DNA of 64,000 nucleotides from Candidatus Kaiserbacteria bacterium RIFCSPHIGHO2_01_FULL_53_29 (GTDB taxonomy: Bacteria; Patescibacteriota; Minisyncoccia; Phycocordibacterales; UBA2100), in NCBI GenBank assembly GCA_001781125.1, contig MFKT01000029.1, forward strand, positions 68,040 to 132,039, read 5' to 3'. Each line of letters begins with the position of its first letter. The stretch's first letter is position 1. Both the position numbers and the translations under genes were made by a program. A model generated the notes under the pieces. That model did not search any database, was not told the origin of the DNA, and saw nothing but the letters and a program-made list of their open reading frames with translations. Below are positions 57,310 through 64,000 of this stretch, in pieces.

Positions 57310-57673
57310 TGTTACTTAAGTAACATAATCCAGACGTTTCGCGTGAACCCCGTTAGAAGCCTCTAAATCTTGGTAAAATGATAAAAACCCAGGATAGTGA
57401 GGTTTATGGAGCTTCTAACGGGGTGAAAAGTCCATCAAGTGTGCTATTATTCACAGGATTATGGCAGATGATCGCTTACGCAAGGAGGTAGGGAGGCTTG
57501 GTGAAGACATTGCTTGCCAATTTCTCGAGAGAAAGGGCTTCAAAATACTGGCTCGGAACTACAGAAAACCTTGGGGGGAGATAGATATTATCGCGGAAAA
57601 GAATAATTCAGTCAGATTTGTCGAGGTAAAGGCAGTTTCACGTGAAAGCTTGCCAAATGGTTCACGTGAAATG
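57310..57673. promoter_or_regulatory. parS-like sites (57310-57325, 57634-57649, 57658-57673)
   Basis: TGTTACTTAAGTAACA, AGTTTCACGTGAAAGC, TGGTTCACGTGAAATG versus consensus TGTTNCACGTGAAACA. Confidence 0.55.
57344..57427. mobile_element. MITE-like element (copy 4)
   Basis: TGAA-CCCCGTTAGAAGC...GCTTCTAACGGGG-TGAA. Confidence 0.75.
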
Positions 57674-57862
57674 GATTACCGACCTGAGGAGATGGTTGAC
57701 TCTAGGAAGCTTAGAAAACTAGCCCGGACAGCAGCTCTATACATGGAAGTCCAGAAAGACAAGCGCGAATTCCAAATAGATGTTGTTGGGGTGATCATGG
57801 TTATGGCAAAGAGGACCGCGCGCTGCCGACTTTTTGAGCAGGCACTGGAAGGTAATCTATAA
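57461..57862 (+). CDS. yraN: YraN/UPF0102 family putative nuclease
   Basis: GRLGEDIA..GFKILARNY..GEIDIIA..FVEVK. Confidence 0.9.
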   Translation: MADDRLRKEVGRLGEDIACQFLERKGFKILARNYRKPWGEIDIIAEKNNSVRFVEVKAVSRESLPNGSREMDYRPEEMVDSRKLRKLARTAALYMEVQKDKREFQIDVVGVIMVMAKRTARCRLFEQALEGNL

Positions 57863-57920
57863 AAGACAATGATGTCCGATAGAATGTCCTTTAGAATCTG
57901 TGCTAGTATGTTTGGGTTTT

Positions 57921-57945
57921 CGGGCCGTCGTATACCCCAGTAGTA
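57921..57945 (+). pseudogene. Degenerate 5' fragment of tRNA-Pro
   Basis: CGGGCCGTCGTATACC is 14/16 identical to the 5' end of the tRNA at 58008 and runs into a CCCCGTAGT-family hairpin (57935-57969). Confidence 0.55.
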
Positions 57946-58007
57946 GAACGCTTTGCGTTCACTACGGGGCATGCCGCCAGTCGTTTGCATGGGGAGATGT
58001 TCTTTGT

Positions 58008-58078
58008 CGGGGCGTAGTATACCGGTAGTACGCTTGCTTTGGGAGCAAGTAGACCGAGTCCGATTCTCGGCGCCCCGA
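58008..58078 (+). tRNA. tRNA-Pro (TGG)
   Basis: CGGGGCG/CGCCCCG acceptor stem, cttgc-TTTGGGA-gcaag, variant T loop GTCCGATTC. Confidence 0.88.
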
Positions 58079-58129
58079 CAAAGAACATCTCCAGCAGTCT
58101 GGGGGACTGCTGTGGCCACGAAGTGGAAA

Positions 58130-58190
58130 TAGACCGAGTCCCCCGCCGTCGCTAAAAGCTATGGCGGACAAGGGATTCTCGGCGCCCCGA
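58130..58190 (+). pseudogene. Duplicated 3' part of tRNA-Pro interrupted by a 32-bp hairpin
   Basis: TAGACCGAGTCC[58142-58173]GATTCTCGGCGCCCCGA equals the tRNA 3' end once the insert is removed. Confidence 0.85.
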
Positions 58191-58205
58191 TGATAAGATT
58201 CTCTG

Positions 58206-59066
58206 ATGTGGCTTTCACTTGCGCTCGCGAGCGCCGTACTTCTGGCGGTGCGGCGCATCTATGAGAAGGAACTTACGGCTCGATTCGGGAATTTTTCTCT
58301 AAGTTTCCTTTTGATGATATTTTCGGTACCGCCAGTGCTGGTACTCTTCCTCTTTTTCCCGATCCCGCAAAATATCCAGGCGCTTCCGTGGGAATTTTGG
58401 TGGCCACTCATCGTCATTTGGGTCATCCTGTACCCACTGCAAAATTACCTGCTCTACCGCTCGCTCCGGGAAGGGGAATTGTCGCAAGTGACGCCGGTTT
58501 CCGCATTGCTTCCTGTTTTTAATATCGTTCCGTCGTTCTTTCTTCTACGCGAGCTCCCGACCGTGTTTGGCGCCGTGGGCATCATCACGACGGTCGTCGC
58601 TACCTACCTGCTTCTCACGGATGTCCGCGCTGGCGAAAAGCAGAAATATAACCTTCCAGTGCTTTTTATGATCGGCACCGTGATATGCACCGCCATCGGC
58701 TCCACTCTGGATAAGGTCGCGATCGGAGTTTCCACTCCCGTCTTCTATGTATGCGTGAACATGATAGGCGCTGCGGTCGTGTTCCTTGCGCTTACATATC
58801 TCTATCGTCAGCAGAGTGAGCTTGCCCGGTTCAAAGAGTCTTTCTGGACGTTCGCTTTGCTCGGCGTCGTCATGGCGCTTGCGTTCGTCGCGTTTGCGAG
58901 TGCCTTCGCGCTCGGTCCGACCTCCTATACGCTCGCGATACGCTCCAGCGGATTCATCATCGCGGCGCTTTGGGGCGTCTTTCTTCTGAAGGAAAGTTTT
59001 TCATCGCGTAAAGGAATAGCGTTCGTGCTTTTTGTCGCGGGAACTCTCGCGCTTGCGATCGGGTAG
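58206..59066 (+). CDS. EamA/DMT family transporter
   Basis: About 10 TMs; GELSQVTPV, FFLLRE, GVFLLKE. Confidence 0.88.
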   Translation: MWLSLALASAVLLAVRRIYEKELTARFGNFSLSFLLMIFSVPPVLVLFLFFPIPQNIQALPWEFWWPLIVIWVILYPLQNYLLYRSLREGELSQVTPVSALLPVFNIVPSFFLLRELPTVFGAVGIITTVVATYLLLTDVRAGEKQKYNLPVLFMIGTVICTAIGSTLDKVAIGVSTPVFYVCVNMIGAAVVFLALTYLYRQQSELARFKESFWTFALLGVVMALAFVAFASAFALGPTSYTLAIRSSGFIIAALWGVFLLKESFSSRKGIAFVLFVAGTLALAIG

Positions 59067-59067
59067 A

Positions 59068-60249
59068 TCATTGCGCGATGTATCCCATATAGAGAGCGAT
59101 CAAATTCGGCGATGCGCGCGTATTGAAATCAAGGGCTTGCGCTGCGACGTCGCCGGCAAGGATCGTCGGCAGATCGAATTGTGTCTGGAGGCCGAGATCG
59201 CGACTGATGTAGGAGAGGGTGATCGCGCGCAGATCGCGCGCAGCGGTGGTCTCGCCCTCGCTCGTCGTTGCGATAAGGCCGATGAGGCGTCCCCATGCGT
59301 TTACGACGGCGCCGCCGCTCGAGCCGCTCTGGGCTTCAATAACGCCTCCGAGTGAGAGGAGATCGACCGACCGTGTCGCGAATGTCAGAAGCTGCCCGAT
59401 CGTCGTTAGAGAAGATGCGCTATACAGATTGAATTGTGCCGCCTGACTGCCGAGAAATTCTGCCGGATAGCTTGCGACCACGACCTGATCACCCTGGAAT
59501 CCGATCGCCTCGCGCGTGTCAAAGGGAAGGGAAGGGAATCCCAGAGAGAGCGGAGTAAACGCCGCTCCGTCGAGGGAGGTTGTAATGAGGAGCAATGCGT
59601 AGTCATGTTCACCGGTCCCGGTGGGTCTGGCCGCTTTGATCTCCACCGCATGCGCCCCCACCCATACGGGGGGAATGTAGAGGATCTCTGCGCTCCAACG
59701 GGCGACTGCCGGCGAGCCGGTACGGACGACACACGAGAGATTTATCTCGGGACTCTTCGAGAGCAGGACGTATTGCGCGACGTGTGCATTGGTAAGGATA
59801 ACGCCGCGCGGATCGATGATGACGCCGGAGCCTGAAATGGGCGGCAGCGTTCCTCCTGTGCGTGGCATGCACAGAATATTGACGAGTGCCGCGCGCGTCG
59901 CGTCGTTCACTGTTGCGAACGATTGAGGGGGGAAGGGGTACGGGTCCGCTATGCGGACGGCCTCCTCCGCAGGTTCTTTTTTTGCGACGGGCTTTTGCGT
60001 AATTGGTTTCGGGCTGCTTTTGACCGCACTTGCAACAGCCGCATGCGCGGGTTTTGTCGATGTCGCGGCAGCGGGTGGCGCTTCCAGTTTGGCCCGCACT
60101 ATTGCTGTTTGCGCGCTTGTACTCGCCGATGACGCGGCCGGCTGTGTCGCAACACCGTTTGGTCCCCGGTGCACAAGGAAAAAGAACCCGCCGAATATGA
60201 GTACCAGCGCCGCGAGATGGGAGAGGAAGGATTGGGAGCGAGGGGACAT
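59068..60249 (-). CDS. Membrane-anchored trypsin-like serine protease
   Basis: SGSGVIIDPRGVILTNAHV, DYALL, GSSGGAVVN. Confidence 0.88.
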   Translation of the reverse strand: MSPRSQSFLSHLAALVLIFGGFFFLVHRGPNGVATQPAASSASTSAQTAIVRAKLEAPPAAATSTKPAHAAVASAVKSSPKPITQKPVAKKEPAEEAVRIADPYPFPPQSFATVNDATRAALVNILCMPRTGGTLPPISGSGVIIDPRGVILTNAHVAQYVLLSKSPEINLSCVVRTGSPAVARWSAEILYIPPVWVGAHAVEIKAARPTGTGEHDYALLLITTSLDGAAFTPLSLGFPSLPFDTREAIGFQGDQVVVASYPAEFLGSQAAQFNLYSASSLTTIGQLLTFATRSVDLLSLGGVIEAQSGSSGGAVVNAWGRLIGLIATTSEGETTAARDLRAITLSYISRDLGLQTQFDLPTILAGDVAAQALDFNTRASPNLIALYMGYIAQ

Positions 60250-60337
60250 TTCCTGAATATACGCTCTAACCCAAGATGACTCAAGTTTTCCACAACCGGA
60301 CTCTCGACTATGGTTTGTACTGTTATAGCATTCAAGA

Positions 60338-61021
60338 GTGACAAGAATTGCTGCAAAAATTGCTGCCACTGAATTGAGAAAAGCAGGACATTCGTATAAT
60401 CGGATATCTGAACTCTTGGGTATTTCAAAAAGTACATTAAGTGGATGGCTTCCTGATATTCCATACACCCCAAATAAGGAAACGATAGCTCGAATTGGCA
60501 AGGCCCTAGCTGCTTCAGGGGCTGCTAAAAGCAAAATAAAAAGAGAATCCATTGAGCTCGCCCGGAAAACTGCGCACGGGGAAATTGGAAAACTGACGAA
60601 ACGCGATCTTCATATGCTTGGTCTCGGCCTTTACATAGGGGAAGGTATGAAATCGACTCAAATTACTCGTTTCGTTAATTCTAATCCGGCGATCGTGAAA
60701 ATCATCATCCGATGGTTTGTTGATGTCATTGGATTGCGGAGGGAAAATTTTACCATACGTATCCATTTGTATCCTGATTCTAATGTGCGGAAAAGTTTGC
60801 AGTTCTGGTCCGAAACAACTAACATTCCCCTTAGTCAGTTCCAGAAGACCCAGATTGACCGACGCGTAAACAAAAAAGCCTTTAAGGCGGGAAAGTTGCC
60901 GCACGGCACTGCTCACCTAACGATTCGTGCCCTCGCCGAGAAACGTTTTGGCGTTTTTCTTGCAAGGAGAATACTAGGCTGGTCAGATGTTGTCTTGGGA
61001 ACGAATGATCTGCGGGCGTAG
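60338..61021 (+). CDS. HTH + LAGLIDADG-like protein ending inside tRNA-Gly(TCC)
   Basis: LRKAGHSYNRISELLGISKSTLSGW HTH; GLGLYIGEG..FVNSNPAIVK; paralog of 55200-55901. Confidence 0.75.
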   Translation: MTRIAAKIAATELRKAGHSYNRISELLGISKSTLSGWLPDIPYTPNKETIARIGKALAASGAAKSKIKRESIELARKTAHGEIGKLTKRDLHMLGLGLYIGEGMKSTQITRFVNSNPAIVKIIIRWFVDVIGLRRENFTIRIHLYPDSNVRKSLQFWSETTNIPLSQFQKTQIDRRVNKKAFKAGKLPHGTAHLTIRALAEKRFGVFLARRILGWSDVVLGTNDLRA

Positions 61022-61082
61022 TTTAGTGGTAAAATACGACACTTCCAATGTTGTGTCGCGAGTTCGATTCTCGCCGCCCGCA
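61012..61082 (+). tRNA. tRNA-Gly (TCC)
   Basis: GCGGGCG/CGCCCGC acceptor stem, cgaca-CTTCCAA-tgttg, GTTCGATTC. Confidence 0.93.
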
Positions 61083-61327
61083 CAAAAACACAAAACCGCC
61101 AAGGAGCCCGGAAAACCACTCGCCTCGCTGAAGTTTCGGCGAAGCGGGTCGGCTCTTACCATTCAGAGGTGTGCGCTTCGCGCACTCATTTTGTGATTTT
61201 GGGAAAAAGGAATTTTCGGGCATGCGATTCAACTCAACTTCTATTTTGTCCTGAGCTTGCTATATTTTTGGTTCTCAGATATTCTCGACTCGAACTAATC
61301 TTTCCGAAACCGAAGGAGGGTTGAAAG

Positions 61328-61939
61328 ATGTTCCGTTCTCTGAAATTCACAGCACTTTCGAAGCCGGTCGTCGTCCATTCACAATGGGACAACGAGCGGA
61401 AGGTCTGCACGCTCCGCATCGTTAGCGACGTGAACGATGCAATCGACTTGTCGTCCAAGTTGCCGCTCAAGGAAGCGGAGGCGTTCAACAAGGTGCGCTA
61501 CGTCCTCAAGCATTCGGACAAGCGCGGCATCGTCCAACTCGAAGGCAACGTTGGAATGGTGCTCACGAACCAGCTTGTGCAGTACCACGACACCACCGGA
61601 CAGTACACGCATGACGCCAAGGAACCCGAACTGTTCGGAACTTGGGGGACGCTCGAAATGGACGGCCGCGGTCGTCCAACCTACATGTGGTGGCACGGCG
61701 ATGGCGGATACCGCGTCGAGACCGTCAACTCCAAAGAACAAGCGGAGGAGTTGATTAAAAGACTGACGTGGTTGGGAAAAGGGCGACAAGAAACGCTCCT
61801 CGACCAAACTAGAACATGGTGGAGCAACGCCCGTTCCACGTCCGACAAGCCTCATCGCATCGATGGTGCGGCCGCCGAGCTTCTCTGCAAGGCCAGTGTC
61901 ATTGCGAAGATGTGGGAGGAGAGACGCGCCATGGCGTAG
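61328..61939 (+). CDS. Hypothetical protein
   Basis: 203-aa ORF with a strong AAGGAGG RBS upstream. Confidence 0.7.
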   Translation: MFRSLKFTALSKPVVVHSQWDNERKVCTLRIVSDVNDAIDLSSKLPLKEAEAFNKVRYVLKHSDKRGIVQLEGNVGMVLTNQLVQYHDTTGQYTHDAKEPELFGTWGTLEMDGRGRPTYMWWHGDGGYRVETVNSKEQAEELIKRLTWLGKGRQETLLDQTRTWWSNARSTSDKPHRIDGAAAELLCKASVIAKMWEERRAMA

Positions 61940-62047
61940 TCGGCGGTTCCTCCGGCGCCGAATCAAGCAGGGTCCTGCTGTGATGAACCGCGGGACTCGT
62001 TTTTTGAAAGAACTATTGTGCGTGCTTTGCACGCTCTCGAATTTAGT

Positions 62048-62237
62048 CCGCCACGTTCTTCGCTAAAGCTACGAAGTGCGAAGCAAAGAAAAAATTGATA
62101 TTGTCCCCGGGACCATAACGCTTCGCGTTAGCTACGGGGCAGGCAGCGGTGCGGCTTCCCTCCTTCGCTAAAGCTTCGGACGGGCGCGGCGCGCTGATGC
62201 AAGTATTCGGCACACTTCGACAAGCTCAGTGCAGGCA
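62048..62237. repeat. Cluster of several short palindromic repeat families
   Basis: cttcgctaaagctacgaag, ccccg...ctacggggcagg, ccctccttcgctaaagcttcggacggg, cttcgacaagctcagtgcagg. Confidence 0.75.
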
Positions 62238-62238
62238 G

Positions 62239-62274
62239 GAACACAAAAACCGCCCTCGGGCGGTTTTTGTGTTC
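62239..62274. terminator. Terminator hairpin downstream of hup
   Basis: gaacacaaaaaccgcc-ctcg-ggcggtttttgtgttc perfect stem. Confidence 0.75.
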
Positions 62275-62289
62275 TCGAGAAACGGGATG

Positions 62290-62568
62290 CTATCCTTTGA
62301 CCGCGTCCTTCAAGGTCTTGGAAGCGCGGAACTTCGGCACTCGCATCGCCTTGATCTGGATCGTGGCCCCTGTGCGCGGGTTGCGCCCCGTGCGGCCGGC
62401 CCGCATCTTCGCTTGGAAGATACCGAGGCCTGCGACCGAGACCTCGTCACCCTTCTTCAGGGTGTCGGTGATCATCGCGATGATCGACTCCACTGCGCGC
62501 TCCGCGTCTGCCTTTGTGCTGCCGATCGTTGAGGCAACCTTCTCCACCAAATCCATTTTATTTGCCAT
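62290..62568 (-). CDS. hup: DNA-binding protein HU
   Basis: NKMDLVEKVA, GLGIF, RTGRNPRTG, PKFRASKTLKDAV. Confidence 0.95.
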   Translation of the reverse strand: MANKMDLVEKVASTIGSTKADAERAVESIIAMITDTLKKGDEVSVAGLGIFQAKMRAGRTGRNPRTGATIQIKAMRVPKFRASKTLKDAVKG

Positions 62569-62653
62569 ATATTTTTTCGTTGTGTGATTATTAAATAATT
62601 ATGTATACGCACTCGACCTCTGTCCGACCATTTTGAGCCGTATTTTCCTGCTG

Positions 62654-62778
62654 TCAACCCCGTTAGAGATCGCGTGCGCAAGTTGCAATTATGTCAAATG
62701 TGGCCTGAAATATACACATCTTATTGGATGACGCAGTGCGCATTTTGGAGGCACGCGCCCTATCTCTAACGGGGTCAA
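62654..62778. mobile_element. MITE-like element (copy 5)
   Basis: TCAA-CCCCGTTAGAGAT...ATCTCTAACGGGG-TCAA. Confidence 0.75.
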
Positions 62779-62849
62779 TTGACAAACGTCCACAATCCAC
62801 AGCATATAAGCCGCGAAATAACCACCAAAAATATGGCTCAAAATCTAGT

Positions 62850-63602
62850 TTAAACACCTTTCTCCCACACTACCTGAAAGATCTGCCGCATGGCATCGGC
62901 AGTCTGCTTGTTGTCGATAATAGTCGCTTGCTCACGGGTCTCATCGAGGATGCGAATGAAGTCCTCCGCTATCTCAATGGTAGTCGTCGGCGGGTAATCG
63001 TATTTCTCGAGCAGCCGGATCTCAATGTCTTCCCCCGCCTTTGCGAGGTCAAAAATATCCTTGTAGTACTTTCCGCCTCCTTCCTTGGCCATGATTATCT
63101 TGAAACCGACATCTGCCGCAACGGCTTTGCGATCCCATTTGCTATACGCCTCCTTGATCTCTTTGCTTCCGCCCGCCAGCACGCTATAGAACGAGTGATA
63201 TGTCTTCCCGCGCATCGTCTCGAACTTGAAACCGAGCGCCTGAATGAATCCGTTCAGACCGTTGAAGAAATATACGCTTGACGGTGGCCCGCTTCCGAGC
63301 GCATGCAGTTTTGGAATAATCGACTGCGCCGTTTTAAGCCGATTTTCTTGCTCGCGCAGATACCCGCCCAGATCACTCGCTGAAAAAAGGGCCTTTTTTG
63401 CGTGAGGTATCTTCAGCACGAGCCCCTTTTTGCGTAGGTCTTCCAAAATAACGTATACCGTTGGTTTTTTTACCTCACACTGCTGTGCAATTTGGTATGC
63501 CGTTCCGGTCTCGAGGGAAAGAAGTGCCACATATACAACGGCCTCCTTTTCGGTAAGACCGACTTGCCTAAGCGTAGTCGTCAGTTCGTCATTTATCACC
63601 AC
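62850..63602 (-). CDS. TrmB family transcriptional regulator
   Basis: GLTEKEAVVYVALL..VKKPTVYVILEDL..KGLV wHTH; FQVVWE end. Confidence 0.85.
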   Translation of the reverse strand: MVINDELTTTLRQVGLTEKEAVVYVALLSLETGTAYQIAQQCEVKKPTVYVILEDLRKKGLVLKIPHAKKALFSASDLGGYLREQENRLKTAQSIIPKLHALGSGPPSSVYFFNGLNGFIQALGFKFETMRGKTYHSFYSVLAGGSKEIKEAYSKWDRKAVAADVGFKIIMAKEGGGKYYKDIFDLAKAGEDIEIRLLEKYDYPPTTTIEIAEDFIRILDETREQATIIDNKQTADAMRQIFQVVWEKGV

Positions 63603-63770
63603 AAGACTACTATAGCTCGCGCACCAAAAGAGTCAATATTTCTGACTAATATATATAAAGTCCTTTATATTAAGCATATATTATCACATTTGCGTTAACG
63701 GTTTTTGACTATCTCAGATTTCGTTGTACTTTGCTCTACACGCAACTGTTCTTTGAAAAGGGGATAGACG

Positions 63771-64000
63771 ATGGCACGCTCAAGGCAACACCAGCTCATC
63801 ACGGACCTTCTCGGGTGGACGTTCGTAGTCCTGCTAAGTGCATCCTTTTTCGCGATGGCGACTGAGATTGGCGGAGTTCTATCGCATGACATCGGAGAAT
63901 CGAAATGCTCGATTTTCTCGATGGGCGTAATGGAGGTGCGGATTTCGGGGGAAGAAGTCGTTCGTTATCCGTACGGTTTTGTCGTCGAATGTGACGGCAA
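63771..64000 (+). CDS. Hypothetical membrane protein (3' truncated by window edge)
   Basis: AAGGGG RBS; MARSRQHQLITDLLGWTFVVLLSASFFAMA... open to the window end. Confidence 0.5.
   Translation, partial: MARSRQHQLITDLLGWTFVVLLSASFFAMATEIGGVLSHDIGESKCSIFSMGVMEVRISGEEVVRYPYGFVVECDG

Noticed and set aside
86..63892. Numerous long antisense and alternate-frame ORFs in the track (e.g. 2093-3031, 5390-6232, 32543-33427)
   Set aside because: They are shadows of well-supported genes in moderately high-GC DNA with no independent motifs.

Overview
Chromosomal window of a small-genome bacterium read with genetic code 11. Gene content and style suggest Patescibacteria/CPR, probably Parcubacteria (inference). 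It spans the replication-origin region (dnaN-dnaA / rpmH-rnpA-yidC-jag) and housekeeping genes (ruvB, yebC, ruvC, class A PBP, rsmA, pcrA, comM, pnp, rpsO, rarA, xerC/D, xth, cca, yraN, hup). It also holds a chromosomal VirB4/PrgI/VirB6-like T4SS-type cluster, two TA modules around a short purA, four tRNAs and a divergent pair of Cys/Met PLP enzymes. Main unexplained signals: (1) a 19-codon Met-rich leader peptide (MLANVTHRMMAMMMSQSRD) with complete 1:2/2:3/3:4 attenuator geometry upstream of one PLP enzyme, a candidate methionine-sensing ribosome-mediated attenuator; (2) six inverted heptamer-array elements, one enclosing a four-helix-bundle gene; (3) an intact tRNA-Pro nested inside a split, insertion-bearing copy of itself; (4) two HTH/LAGLIDADG-like genes whose stop codons lie inside tRNA-Gly genes; (5) a MITE with constant ends and variable interiors, two copies of which sit on start codons; (6) many short palindromes inserted in frame into conserved proteins; (7) pervasive leaderless promoters. 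No CRISPR array, rRNA, transposase or reverse transcriptase was seen. All calls are by eye, without database searches.
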